Shown: positions 27,244 to 36,994 of the stretch, one piece after another
Layout: each line of letters starts with the position of its first letter
Position numbering within the stretch: position 1 is the stretch's first letter
Assembly: GCA_002314565.1 (NCBI GenBank)
Contig: DCGL01000066.1
Span: 19,146-62,068, forward strand
Length of the DNA: 42,923 nt
Reading direction: 5' to 3'
DNA from: Clostridiales bacterium UBA1779
Lineage (GTDB): Bacteria > Bacillota > Clostridia > Oscillospirales > CAG-272
The notes under the pieces: generated by a model
What the model saw: the letters and a program-made list of their open reading frames with translations, nothing else
What the model was told of the DNA's origin: nothing
Database searches by the model: none
Position numbers and translations under genes: made by a program

Positions 27244-29304
27244 ATGGCAAAGATTGAAACCGCTAAAATCAGAAACATCGCCCTCCTTGGTCACGGAGGC
27301 TCCGGCAAGACCTCTTTTGCCGAAGCTATGCTCTATGTTACCGGAGGAACAGACAGACTCGGAAAAGTCGCTGACGGAAACACCACCTGCGATTACGATC
27401 CCGAAGAAGTAAAGAGAGGATTCTCTATTTCAACGTCCCTTGCTCCTGTTACCTGGAGAGACGTAAAAGTCAACGTTCTCGATACTCCCGGATATCTCGA
27501 TTTCTCAGGCGAAGTCAAGCAGGCTCTCAGAGCTGCCGGAAATGCCATTATTCTTGTTGATGCAAAATCAGGCGTACAGGTCGGAACTGAACTCGCATGG
27601 GATTATGCCGGCGAGATGGGCGTTCCCCGTACCTTCATTATCAATAAATATGATGATCCTGAAGTTCACTATCATCAGGTTTTTGAACAGCTGAAAGAAA
27701 CTTTCGGTTCAGAAGTATGTCCTGTTGCCGTTCCTTACAAGGGAAAGGACGAAAACGTACTTATCGACCTTATCGGTTTCAAGTGCTATAAATACGACGC
27801 AAAGGGAAAGCCCGTTGAGGTTCCCATGAATGCCGACTACCAGGAAGTAGCCGACACATATAAGTCCGCTCTCTACGATGCTGTCGCAATGGTCAGCGAA
27901 GAGATGATGGAAAAGGTCCTCATGGAAGAGGAAATCACCAGAGAAGAAATGACAAAGGCTCTTCACGACGGTATTCAGAGCGGCACAATCGCTCCCGTTT
28001 ACGTAGCTTCTGCCACAACTCTGTTCGGTGTTGCCAGATTCCTTGATGCCTGCGTTGAAACCTTCCCGAAGTTCACTTCCAGAAAGAATGAAAAACTTGA
28101 GAACGGCGAAAAGACGCCCATCGCCGAAGACGGCCCTGCAGGAATTTTCGTATTCAAGACAGTTTCCGACCCGTTCGTCGGAAAGATGTCCTTCTTCAAG
28201 GTTATGACCGGTTCACTGAAAAAGGATACCGTTCTTACAAACCTTACAACAGGTTCAACCGAAAAGATGTCTCATATTTACGTTGTCAAGGGCAAGAACC
28301 AGACTGAAGTCGATGAACTTGCCTGCGGCGATATCGGTATGATTACAAAGCTTTCAAACACCAACACAAACGATACTCTGCGTGAATCCGGTGCCGGCGA
28401 ATATGCCAAGATTGTATACCCCGACGGATATATGACAATGGCAATCATTCCCGAAACAGCCAAGGATGAAGGAAAGATTTCTCAGTCTCTTGCAAGAATG
28501 CTCGAAGAAGACAACACTCTCAAGAGCGAAACCGATCCCGAAACCAAGCAGATGATTATCACCGGTATCGGTGATATGCACCTTGCAGTTCTTACTGCAA
28601 AGCTCAAGTCCCGCTACGGCGTTAACATCAAGCTTGAAACTCCCAGAATTCCTTACCGTGAGAAGATTACAAAGTCTGTCGATATTCATGCACGTCACAA
28701 GAAGCAGAACGGCGGTTCAGGTCAGTTCGGTGACGTATGGATCAGATTTGCTCCCGGTGAAGATCCCGGACTTACCTTCACGGTTTCCGTCGTCGGCGGT
28801 GTCGTTCCCAAGAACTTCAACCCTGCCGTTGAAAAGGGTCTTCTCGAAGGTATGACCAAGGGTGTTGCCGGCTTCCCGATGACTCATCTGGCTGCCGACC
28901 TGCATGACGGTTCCTACCATCCCGTTGACTCTGATGAAGTATCCTTCAAGACTGCCGCCATTATGGCATACAAGATGTGTCTTGAGCAGGCAGCTCCCGT
29001 ACTTCTCGAGCCTGTCGGAGACCTTGACATCACAGTTCCCGATTCTCTCGTCGGTTCCATCATGGGTGACCTCAACAAGAGACGCGGAAGCATTATGGGT
29101 CAGGATGCTCTTGCCGGCAAGAAGGGCTACTCCGTAATTCATGCCGTTGCCCCCAAGTCCGAGCTTCAGGATTACCCCATCGCCCTCAGAGCCATGACTC
29201 AGGGCAAGGGATGGTTCTCATTCAAGGTAACTGATTATGCTCAGGTACCCGGAAACATCGCAACAAAGATTGTTGAAGATTACAAGAAGTCAGCTGACGC
29301 TTAA
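27244..29304 (+). CDS. fusA2: Elongation factor G paralog (EF-G2-like)
   Basis: Full EF-G architecture (DTPGY, NKYD, HKKQNGGSGQFG, DGSYHPVDS, LLEP) but with GHGGSGKT and RGFSI; not in the rpsL-rpsG-fusA-tuf operon. Confidence 0.9.
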   Translation: MAKIETAKIRNIALLGHGGSGKTSFAEAMLYVTGGTDRLGKVADGNTTCDYDPEEVKRGFSISTSLAPVTWRDVKVNVLDTPGYLDFSGEVKQALRAAGNAIILVDAKSGVQVGTELAWDYAGEMGVPRTFIINKYDDPEVHYHQVFEQLKETFGSEVCPVAVPYKGKDENVLIDLIGFKCYKYDAKGKPVEVPMNADYQEVADTYKSALYDAVAMVSEEMMEKVLMEEEITREEMTKALHDGIQSGTIAPVYVASATTLFGVARFLDACVETFPKFTSRKNEKLENGEKTPIAEDGPAGIFVFKTVSDPFVGKMSFFKVMTGSLKKDTVLTNLTTGSTEKMSHIYVVKGKNQTEVDELACGDIGMITKLSNTNTNDTLRESGAGEYAKIVYPDGYMTMAIIPETAKDEGKISQSLARMLEEDNTLKSETDPETKQMIITGIGDMHLAVLTAKLKSRYGVNIKLETPRIPYREKITKSVDIHARHKKQNGGSGQFGDVWIRFAPGEDPGLTFTVSVVGGVVPKNFNPAVEKGLLEGMTKGVAGFPMTHLAADLHDGSYHPVDSDEVSFKTAAIMAYKMCLEQAAPVLLEPVGDLDITVPDSLVGSIMGDLNKRRGSIMGQDALAGKKGYSVIHAVAPKSELQDYPIALRAMTQGKGWFSFKVTDYAQVPGNIATKIVEDYKKSADA

Positions 29305-29308
29305 TTGA

Positions 29309-29355
29309 CATATACAAAACCCCGGAACTGAAAAAGTTCCGGGGTTTTGTATATG
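29309..29355. terminator. Bidirectional terminator
   Basis: 21-bp perfect inverted repeat CATATACAAAACCCCGGAACT / AGTTCCGGGGTTTTGTATATG between convergent genes. Confidence 0.88.
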
Positions 29356-29457
29356 AAACGTTTATTAGTCAATCGTCTTTAATGAGTTGCGGGATTGTGC
29401 GAATATTATATAAAAAATGAACGGTTATAATGATTCCTGTTTTGGTGCTCAGCGGAT

Positions 29458-30390
29458 TTATAAGACAAACAGTTTTATGGATTTCAGTGCCGGGCCTTCC
29501 GGACCTTCAACGCATTCGGAAAGGGCATAGAAGATACCGTCAGCGTCGAAAAGCGCGAATCTTTGGCCGAGCGCGGCTTCTTTGATTCCGAGTTTATGAA
29601 TCGCCACGGCACAGCCGGAGCGCAGCAGCTTTTCATGGAAAGCTGAGGTATTAATTGACGGAAGTTCTGCGAAAAGTTCTTCTACGGGTAAGAGAAGTGA
29701 CGCAAAATCAAAGTCGGGATTTTCAGCTGTCAGCTTTTTCAGTTCGAAAACATCGTGAGCATCTGTAAGACTGAAATGTCCGACGGACGTTCTGCGCAGT
29801 GCAGCCATTGCCGCGCCGCAGCCGAGGGCGCTGCCGATATCGGCGCAGAGAGTTCTGATATAAGTGCCTGAAGAACATTCTACGTCCAGACTGTAATCCG
29901 TATCATTGAGTTTTTGAGCCGACAGCGAATATATGCGTATTTTCCGCTTTTCTCTTTCGATTTCGCGGCCTTCACGTGCAAGCTCGTATAGTTTTTTCCC
30001 GTTAACCTTTATGGCGCTGTACATTGGGGGGAGTTGTTCTATTTCACCTGTAAATGAAGTGCAGACCCTGAGAACGGTTTCTTCGCCCGGGATAATGTCG
30101 GATTCACTGAGCACCGTGCCGGTTATATCCTGAGTGTCATAAGATTTTCCGAGTCTGAGTACTGCTCTGTAACTCTTTCTGTCACATACGGCATATTCGC
30201 TGGCTTTTACTGCACGCCCGACAAGAACCGTAAGAAGGCCGGTTGCCATTGGATCAAGCGTTCCCGTATGACCTGCCTGCTTCGTGCCGAATACCTTTCT
30301 GACGATATTTACCGCATCCTGAGACGTCAAGCCTTCGGGCTTGTCAAGAAGCAGAATTCCTCCTGCTTCGTTTCTTGCAATTGAGGACAT
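29458..30390 (-). CDS. truB: tRNA pseudouridine(55) synthase
   Basis: LDKPEGLTSQD, GHTGTLDPMATGLL, QLPPMYSAIKVNGKKLYELAR, CSSGTYIRTL. Confidence 0.97.
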   Translation of the reverse strand: MSSIARNEAGGILLLDKPEGLTSQDAVNIVRKVFGTKQAGHTGTLDPMATGLLTVLVGRAVKASEYAVCDRKSYRAVLRLGKSYDTQDITGTVLSESDIIPGEETVLRVCTSFTGEIEQLPPMYSAIKVNGKKLYELAREGREIEREKRKIRIYSLSAQKLNDTDYSLDVECSSGTYIRTLCADIGSALGCGAAMAALRRTSVGHFSLTDAHDVFELKKLTAENPDFDFASLLLPVEELFAELPSINTSAFHEKLLRSGCAVAIHKLGIKEAALGQRFALFDADGIFYALSECVEGPEGPALKSIKLFVL

Positions 30391-31124
30391 TATTTTTTCG
30401 TGCCGGAGCCGGAATTTTGTGCTCCTTCCTCTGAAGCTGATTCGGCAGCGGTTTGGTCGGAGGCAGTCTTTACGTCCGGGAATTTGACGTGAGCAGAGAA
30501 GATTGGCATGCCCTGCTCTGAGAAGTGTCTTTCGTATTCGGTTTCAATGTTTACTGCGTTCATTTCACTTGAGTGCAGGTCTCTCGTGTAGAAGAGTCTC
30601 TCAAGACCAGCGGCTTCAAACTGTTCAACGGACCAGTCAAAGAGAGGCTCGTTATCGGTCTTGAAATGCAGCTCGCCGCCGGGAACCAGCAGCCGTCTGT
30701 ACATTTCCAGGAAGGAAGGAGCTGTAAGACGGCGCTTGAAATAGCCTTTCTTGGGCCAGGGATCGCAGAAATTGACGTATATGCAGTCAAAGGAGTTCTC
30801 GGCAAACCAATCCGTAAGATACTCGGCTTTTCCGATAATGAAACGAAGGTTATCCGGTCTTGAGTCACGGGAGGCGTTTGCTTTTTCAAGTGCGAACATT
30901 GCAACGTCCGGTACTCTTTCAAGAGCCACAATATTATGAGCGGCTTCTTTAACTGAAAGACCTGAGGCAAAATCTCCTTTTCCGCAGCCGATTTCAAGCA
31001 GCATAGGCTTGTTGTTTCCGAAAATCTCTTCGGGTTTTCCATAAAAATCAAGGGGTGTTTTGATAAGCAGATCGGCGCAGGCTTCGATTCTTTCGGCCGA
31101 ATGCTTCTTTTTTCTCATTCTCAT
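30390..31124 (-). CDS. trmB: tRNA (guanine-N7)-methyltransferase
   Basis: MRMRKK, LEIGCGKG, NFCDPWPKK...RRLT, FKTDN, TEYE. Confidence 0.96.
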   Translation of the reverse strand: MRMRKKKHSAERIEACADLLIKTPLDFYGKPEEIFGNNKPMLLEIGCGKGDFASGLSVKEAAHNIVALERVPDVAMFALEKANASRDSRPDNLRFIIGKAEYLTDWFAENSFDCIYVNFCDPWPKKGYFKRRLTAPSFLEMYRRLLVPGGELHFKTDNEPLFDWSVEQFEAAGLERLFYTRDLHSSEMNAVNIETEYERHFSEQGMPIFSAHVKFPDVKTASDQTAAESASEEGAQNSGSGTKK

Positions 31125-31254
31125 CTTGAATTATTACCTTAAATGTGATAGAATATACTGTAATTATACCATAAAACAGTCATTTTGAAAAGTGTTTGTT
31201 TTTATTTTGAATGTTTAAAACGTCTTTTTAACTTACAAAAAGAAAGGTTATTTT

Positions 31255-32313
31255 ATGGAGAAGAAAGAATTTATTTCACAGCTCCGTGATGAGCTTCTGA
31301 AACGCGGTTTCAGAAGTGAAACCGTTGAAGCAGAAATGATTCCCGTCGCAAGCTATTTCGATGAAAACGGAATGAACGATATCGAAGTATCCGTTAACGA
31401 TATGGCTGATGAAATTTCCGAAATGCTTAAGGAAAAAGGGGAGGAGCCGGCCGAAAACACCGAACCGGACGTACAGGAGTTCGAAGATATTGAGTCTGCG
31501 CTCAAGGCCTCCGCCGACGTTGCCCCCAAGGCCGAAACCGATTCCGGCAAAAAAGGAAAGAAGGGTAAAAAATCCGAAGAAAAGCCTGCGGTGGATACTC
31601 CTGCCGAAACGGAAAATACCGTTATTGCTGCAGCTTGTGAAGAAGAATCCGATGACGACGTTAAGATTGCAGCTCCTTTTTCCGCGAATAAAGTCGCAAA
31701 AGAAGCTGAGGAAGATACTGCTGTAGAAATTACGGATGAGGAGCTTGAACAGTACAGACCGGGTGAAAAGAAAGATGACGTCAAAACAGCCGGCTTTATC
31801 GGAAAACTCATAGTCAAAATCAAGGGGGCTGCAAAGAAGAGTTCGGAATCCGTTGATGAATATGAGTCAAATGCTCAGGCAGACGATTATGAAGACAAAA
31901 AGTTCAGAATCATTTTCTGGATTCTTTTCGCAATTGCTCTTCCGTTCCTCATTACACTCTCGGCTTTAATGATTTTTATTTACATCGCATTCTGGGTTGC
32001 TCTTGCTCTGGTTATGATAGTCCTCATTGCCGGACTGATAGCATTCGTGTTTGCAGGGGTTACCGTTGCGCTGGTCGGAATCATTTACGGTGTCATTATG
32101 ATAATCAAGGGTTCGGCTCCTGTCGGTCTGTTTGAAATCGGGCTCGGAATCACAGTCGGTGCCGTTGTTATGTTTGCCGGAATCCTTGTGTACAACTTTG
32201 CAATCAGACTTATTCCTTTTGCCATGAAGCTTCTCGCAAAGCTTCTCGGCCTTGCCTTCAGACGAGGCAAAGAAGGTCTCGGAGCAATCCGCAGACTTCT
32301 TCAGGACGTCTGA
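31255..32313 (+). CDS. DUF1700-like membrane protein with a long acidic linker
   Basis: N-terminal KKEFISQLRDEL...YFDE, acidic middle region, C-terminal hydrophobic helices; upstream of a DUF4097-like gene. Confidence 0.6.
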   Translation: MEKKEFISQLRDELLKRGFRSETVEAEMIPVASYFDENGMNDIEVSVNDMADEISEMLKEKGEEPAENTEPDVQEFEDIESALKASADVAPKAETDSGKKGKKGKKSEEKPAVDTPAETENTVIAAACEEESDDDVKIAAPFSANKVAKEAEEDTAVEITDEELEQYRPGEKKDDVKTAGFIGKLIVKIKGAAKKSSESVDEYESNAQADDYEDKKFRIIFWILFAIALPFLITLSALMIFIYIAFWVALALVMIVLIAGLIAFVFAGVTVALVGIIYGVIMIIKGSAPVGLFEIGLGITVGAVVMFAGILVYNFAIRLIPFAMKLLAKLLGLAFRRGKEGLGAIRRLLQDV

Positions 32314-32328
32314 GAAGGGAGACAGACA

Positions 32329-33345
32329 ATGAAACCTACGTCAGTTATTTTTCTGATTATTTCCGTTCTGCTCGCCTGCGTCGGTGTTCTGCTTATGGTT
32401 ACTGCCGTCAACATGGCTGATACCCAGGGCGTGGCACTATTCGTACAGACGGGAGACAGCAACAACAATTATACCAACACTCAGCAGTTCAAGGGCGATG
32501 AAATCAAGAAAATAGTCCTCAGTCTTTCCGACGTTGACGTCAATATTTACGGTGGAGCAGATTCAAACTACGTTGAACTGGTGAACTTCCCGGACGGAAC
32601 GTATGAACTGTCCTCCAGCAAGTCAACTCTTCAGCTGAATGACAATACCGCGATTTCCAATATCATTGACGTTGACAATCTGAAAATCAATTTCAACGGA
32701 TTCAGAGATTACCTCCATTATTTCAAATACCGCGACAAGGACCGTACGGTAAACTTTTTCCTTACGGATGATGCGGCAGCTATTATTTTCAACGTCACAA
32801 CAGGCGGTAACGTCACTCTCAATGACCTGAGCGTCAACTGCGACTATAAAATCAAGGTGTCGGACGGTAACGTTGAAGTCAACAACGTAAAAACCGACTC
32901 GTCGATAATTATCGACTCCACCGATGATTCCAATATCGATCTCAATAACGTTACGGTCAATGAAATTGAAATCAACGGTGCCACCGCATATGCCACTTTA
33001 AAGCGTACAACCGTTGTCAGAGCTCTTTATATAAAGATTCTCAGCGGAAACGTCGATTATGACAGATACGAAAGTGATTTTACCGGTTTCAACGTTCGCT
33101 TTGAGACAAAATCCGGTATTATCAACTGGGGCACTGAGAGAATTATCAACGGAGTATACACTGAAGAAAACTACGTTGATATATCGAAGATTATCGAAAG
33201 TGAAAGTCAGACGGGGGAAGAGCCCGCTGAAGAAAATCCCGACGGTGATGAAACTTCAGCAGCCGAGGATACGGATTCTGCAGAAGCCGTCGAGGCTTAT
33301 ACTGTTACCATTATCGTTAATGAAGGAAATATTACGGTTTACTGA
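32329..33345 (+). CDS. DUF4097 family beta-strand repeat protein
   Basis: N-terminal TM helix; repeated G-N-V strand motifs (TGGNVTL, SDGNVEV, LSGNVDY, NEGNITV). Confidence 0.65.
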   Translation: MKPTSVIFLIISVLLACVGVLLMVTAVNMADTQGVALFVQTGDSNNNYTNTQQFKGDEIKKIVLSLSDVDVNIYGGADSNYVELVNFPDGTYELSSSKSTLQLNDNTAISNIIDVDNLKINFNGFRDYLHYFKYRDKDRTVNFFLTDDAAAIIFNVTTGGNVTLNDLSVNCDYKIKVSDGNVEVNNVKTDSSIIIDSTDDSNIDLNNVTVNEIEINGATAYATLKRTTVVRALYIKILSGNVDYDRYESDFTGFNVRFETKSGIINWGTERIINGVYTEENYVDISKIIESESQTGEEPAEENPDGDETSAAEDTDSAEAVEAYTVTIIVNEGNITVY

Positions 33346-33347
33346 TT

Positions 33348-33602
33348 ATGAAAAAGCTTAGTTATAAAACACAGGGAACCTGCTCACAGGCTATTGATAT
33401 TGAACTTGACGACGAAAACGTAATCCGTTTCGTACAGTTTCACGGAGGCTGTAACGGAAATCTTCAGGGGATTTCAAAGCTTGTGACCGGAATGAAGGCC
33501 GAAGAGGCAATTGAAAAGCTTTCCGGAATCAGATGCGGCTTCAAGACCACCTCCTGCCCGGATCAGCTTTCGAAGGCTCTTTCAAAGGCCATCGGTGAAT
33601 AA
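33348..33602 (+). CDS. TSCPD-domain protein (TIGR03905 family)
   Basis: GTCSQAI, GGCNGNLQGISKLV, GIRCG..TSCPDQL. Confidence 0.92.
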   Translation: MKKLSYKTQGTCSQAIDIELDDENVIRFVQFHGGCNGNLQGISKLVTGMKAEEAIEKLSGIRCGFKTTSCPDQLSKALSKAIGE

Positions 33603-33618
33603 GAGCGGGCTGTAAATT

Positions 33619-34473
33619 ATGCTTTATAAACATCCGGACCTTCATCTTCATTCGAATGTTTCCGACGGAAGCGATACCCCTCTTGAGCTGCTTGAAAAAG
33701 TCCGCTCATCAGATATCGATATTTTCTCGCTGACGGATCACGATACCTATGGGGGCTGCCGTGAGATCGAAGAAAAACTGAAACCCGGTGATCCGGCGTT
33801 TCTCGGCGGCATCGAGCTTTCATGCCGCGATGCTTTGGGAAAGTATCACATTCTCGGTTATTGCTACGACGTCAATAAAAAGTCCATTCAGGATGCCGCA
33901 GAGGTCACTCACAAGGCGCGCAGAGACAAAGCACTGAATCGGCTTCGCTTCCTTGAAGAAGAACATCATTTCGTTTTTACCGATGAAGAAAAAAGGGAAT
34001 TGCTTGAAAACGAAAATCCCGGTAAACCGCATTTCGTTGCTTTGCTTCTCAAAAAGGGATACGTAAAGGACAAGGCGGAAGGCTTCGAGCTTATGAACGG
34101 ATTTCACGGTAAAGACAAGAAGCTTACTCCCGAAGAAGCAATTGACGCAATTCTCAAGGCCGACGGAATTCCCGTACTTGCACACGGGATACTTGAAGAC
34201 GGCTCCGGTCTACTCTCTGAAGAACAGCTTTCAGAGCGCGTTTCAAGACTCAAGGGAATGGGGCTTATGGGCCTTGAATGCTACTATTCTTCATACACCG
34301 AAGAGCAGACGCGTATTATGCTTTCAATGGCAGAAAAATACAATCTGCTTATAACCGCCGGCAGTGATTATCACGGCAAGAACAAGGCCGTCCCTCTCGG
34401 CTCGTCCGGTACCCCGGACCCGCAGCTGATGAACAGATTTTATCTTGCGGTCAGCTTTCTTCTTGATAAATAA
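33619..34473 (+). CDS. PHP domain phosphoesterase (TrpH/YciV-like)
   Basis: DLHLHSNVSDG, SLTDHDT, GIELSC, HILGY, VLAH, AGSDYHG. Confidence 0.9.
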   Translation: MLYKHPDLHLHSNVSDGSDTPLELLEKVRSSDIDIFSLTDHDTYGGCREIEEKLKPGDPAFLGGIELSCRDALGKYHILGYCYDVNKKSIQDAAEVTHKARRDKALNRLRFLEEEHHFVFTDEEKRELLENENPGKPHFVALLLKKGYVKDKAEGFELMNGFHGKDKKLTPEEAIDAILKADGIPVLAHGILEDGSGLLSEEQLSERVSRLKGMGLMGLECYYSSYTEEQTRIMLSMAEKYNLLITAGSDYHGKNKAVPLGSSGTPDPQLMNRFYLAVSFLLDK

Positions 34474-34482
34474 CAATCCTTC

Positions 34483-34512
34483 GATGACAGAGAAACGCCT
34501 CTGTCATCTTTT
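34483..34512 (+). terminator. Rho-independent terminator
   Basis: GATGACAGAG-AAACGC-CTCTGTCATC-TTTT. Confidence 0.8.
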
Positions 34513-34563
34513 GTATTTTCGATTGAAAAGACCGTACAATTTTGTCAAAATGTGTCATTTGAT

Positions 34564-34592
34564 TTGACAAATCGGCTAATATAGTCTATAAT
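34564..34592 (+). promoter_or_regulatory. Sigma-A promoter
   Basis: TTGACA-N17-TATAAT, followed by GGAGG and ATG 34624. Confidence 0.85.
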
Positions 34593-34623
34593 AAGCATAA
34601 AATTATTTAGTCGGAGGCTATGT

Positions 34624-36939
34624 ATGTCTAAATCGTTAAAGACTCGGTCGCTCGTACTGTTTTTCCTATTCGCGACACTTGTATCAGCGCTGCTGTTAAA
34701 CTCCTGCACAAAGACAGAGCCAGTTTCTGAACCCGTTTCATCGGATACCCTGAACAATGAAACAGAGGCTCAGACAGTTCCTCTTGAAACGCTTCCTGAG
34801 GAAACGATGGTCGTACCCGATGACCCGAATCTGAACGGCGCCAACGCTCCGGTCATCGACGTTATGAGTCAGGAAAATCTGTATTATAATCTTTCAACAA
34901 ATTCTCCTGAGATTTCATTCACGCTTGCGTCTCCTGCCGGAGCCGCAGTCACACTCGATAAGATTTACGTTGACGCAATCAGCGTAAAGTCATTTATCAA
35001 GGAAGATAACGGAGTCTATACGCTTTCAGGACTGAGCTTTGCAGATGGTTTCCACACCGTATCGCTCTTTTTGTCATCCGAGGTCGGAGATGCATTCCGT
35101 GAGTTTGAATTCGGCTGCGGTGCCTGCGAAGATATGCAGCTTTATTGCGGGGAGCTCCACGCTCACTGCTCGGATTCTGACGGAGCCGGCACGGCAAGCG
35201 AGGCTTATACCTACGCCCGCGACGTTGCTAAGCTTGACTTCTTTGCTCTGACTGACCATTCGAACTCCTTTGCGATGTCAAAATATCTGAGTGAGCATAT
35301 TCCGCTCGCCAACGAATTCAATGATCCCGGTAATTTTGTTGCGTTTTACGGATATGAGCAGACTTATAATGCCACTTACGGATATTACGGCCACCTTAAT
35401 ACTATAAATTCAGATGTTTATTCTCTGAATTCCCTTGATCTTGCAAGATATTATAAAAAAATGTCAGCCGCTTCCGGTGCTATCGTACAGTTTAATCATC
35501 CGGGATATAACTGGGGAAATTTCCTTGAATACGGACTATATTCGGAAAAATACGATGCTGTGGTAAATCTGTATGAATTCAAGGGTTCTGCCTATGATAA
35601 TGAATGGGCCCTGTGTCTGGCAAAAGGCTGGCACGTTTCCCCGTTGCACAATGAGGATAACCATTCTGCGCAGTGGGGAACCGTCAATGAGGCTGTCGGA
35701 TATGTTCTTTCTCCATCTCTGACCCGTCAGAATATTGCCGAAGCTCTGACTGCAAAAAGGAGTTACACGACGACAGACCGTACGCTGAAAATTTATTACA
35801 GTGTCAACGATACTTGGCTCGGAGGCACTCTTGATAATCCCGAGGAGCTCAATATTACGGTAAAACTTTCAACCGAGAAAAGCACCGGTGTCGGAAACGT
35901 ATATATCGTTGCCGAAGACAATATCATCGTTGCATCGGTAAATGCCGGTAAATCAAAGACATATACCTGGAATCTCACTCTTTCTCCCGAATATGACTAT
36001 TACTACGTAAAGGTTGACGGTTCCAGCGGCTTTGCCGTTACTGCTCCCGTCTGGATTGAGGGAAGAGACAAGCTAAATATCACCGATATCGATCGTTCTC
36101 TTATTGCTTACGATAACTCGTCTCTCAATGACCACAGAGTCAGCGTCACGGTAAAGAATTCCTCAGATGCTGCGATGACTGACGTCAAGGTATATTTCTA
36201 TCAGACGGCACTTTCCGGGTTCAAGCTTGCCTATGAACCTCCTTTTTCCATAGTTGAAATAGGTACTTTGGCAGCAGGAGAAGAAAAGACCGTTTTCGCA
36301 GACGTTGCGTATTCCGTGTCAAAACCGAGAATCAGTGCAATCGTCAGCGGTAAGCAGGGAGAGGCGTCGTTTTCAGACACAATGTATCTGCAGTTAAACA
36401 ATTTGCTGATTACGGAGATTTGCTCCAATATGTTCGGATATTCATTTGTTGAGCTCTATAATGCAACAGACGATGCTTTCGATCTCAGCAATTATAAAAT
36501 CAGATTATGGCCTAAAACCGGAGCCAAGGCGGATACTCTTGGTCCGAACACTCTTTCGCTTTCCGGCACTATCGGGGCTCATTCGACAATGATTATCTGG
36601 CTCAAGACAGATGCAGCGAAAAATCTTAAGATTGCTGATTTCAATAAAAAGTACAACACACAGCTTGAATCAGGCAAAACGATAATTGAGCTGACATCTC
36701 CATGGTATGCCCCGGCAACAAAAGGAGTACAGATTGAGGTGTTGAACGGCTCAACCGTCATTACCAGAACCTGGTATAATTTCGGTGCTGACAAGACCGA
36801 TATCGGAGACGGAAGGAGTGTCACATTCACGTATCAGAAGGATTATACTCTGACTGAAGTCAAGGCAAAGACCATGCAGATTCCGTCTCCCGGGACATAT
36901 GATCTTGACTTAATGCCGGAACTGATTCTGAGTAAATAA
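34624..36939 (+). CDS. Lipoprotein with PHP-like (CehA/McbA-type) metallohydrolase domain, Ig-like domains and C-terminal lamin-tail domain
   Basis: Lipobox LNSC; GELHAHCSDSDG, FALTDHSN, QFNHPG, NEDNH; LTD signature LLITEI...FVELYNATDDAFDLSNYKI. Confidence 0.75.
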   Translation: MSKSLKTRSLVLFFLFATLVSALLLNSCTKTEPVSEPVSSDTLNNETEAQTVPLETLPEETMVVPDDPNLNGANAPVIDVMSQENLYYNLSTNSPEISFTLASPAGAAVTLDKIYVDAISVKSFIKEDNGVYTLSGLSFADGFHTVSLFLSSEVGDAFREFEFGCGACEDMQLYCGELHAHCSDSDGAGTASEAYTYARDVAKLDFFALTDHSNSFAMSKYLSEHIPLANEFNDPGNFVAFYGYEQTYNATYGYYGHLNTINSDVYSLNSLDLARYYKKMSAASGAIVQFNHPGYNWGNFLEYGLYSEKYDAVVNLYEFKGSAYDNEWALCLAKGWHVSPLHNEDNHSAQWGTVNEAVGYVLSPSLTRQNIAEALTAKRSYTTTDRTLKIYYSVNDTWLGGTLDNPEELNITVKLSTEKSTGVGNVYIVAEDNIIVASVNAGKSKTYTWNLTLSPEYDYYYVKVDGSSGFAVTAPVWIEGRDKLNITDIDRSLIAYDNSSLNDHRVSVTVKNSSDAAMTDVKVYFYQTALSGFKLAYEPPFSIVEIGTLAAGEEKTVFADVAYSVSKPRISAIVSGKQGEASFSDTMYLQLNNLLITEICSNMFGYSFVELYNATDDAFDLSNYKIRLWPKTGAKADTLGPNTLSLSGTIGAHSTMIIWLKTDAAKNLKIADFNKKYNTQLESGKTIIELTSPWYAPATKGVQIEVLNGSTVITRTWYNFGADKTDIGDGRSVTFTYQKDYTLTEVKAKTMQIPSPGTYDLDLMPELILSK

Positions 36940-36954
36940 TTGAATTATTGCGTG

Positions 36955-36990
36955 GCGTGCCGAAGATTTTGTCTTCGGCACGCTTTCTGT
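36955..36990 (+). terminator. Rho-independent terminator
   Basis: GCGTGCCGAAGA-TTTTG-TCTTCGGCACGC-TTTCTGT. Confidence 0.8.
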
Positions 36991-36994
36991 CTTG

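Noticed and set aside
27244-29304. TetM/TetO ribosomal protection protein
   Set aside because: It lacks the AHVDAGKT/RGITI N-terminus of those proteins and has no mobile context; it fits an EF-G2-type paralog.
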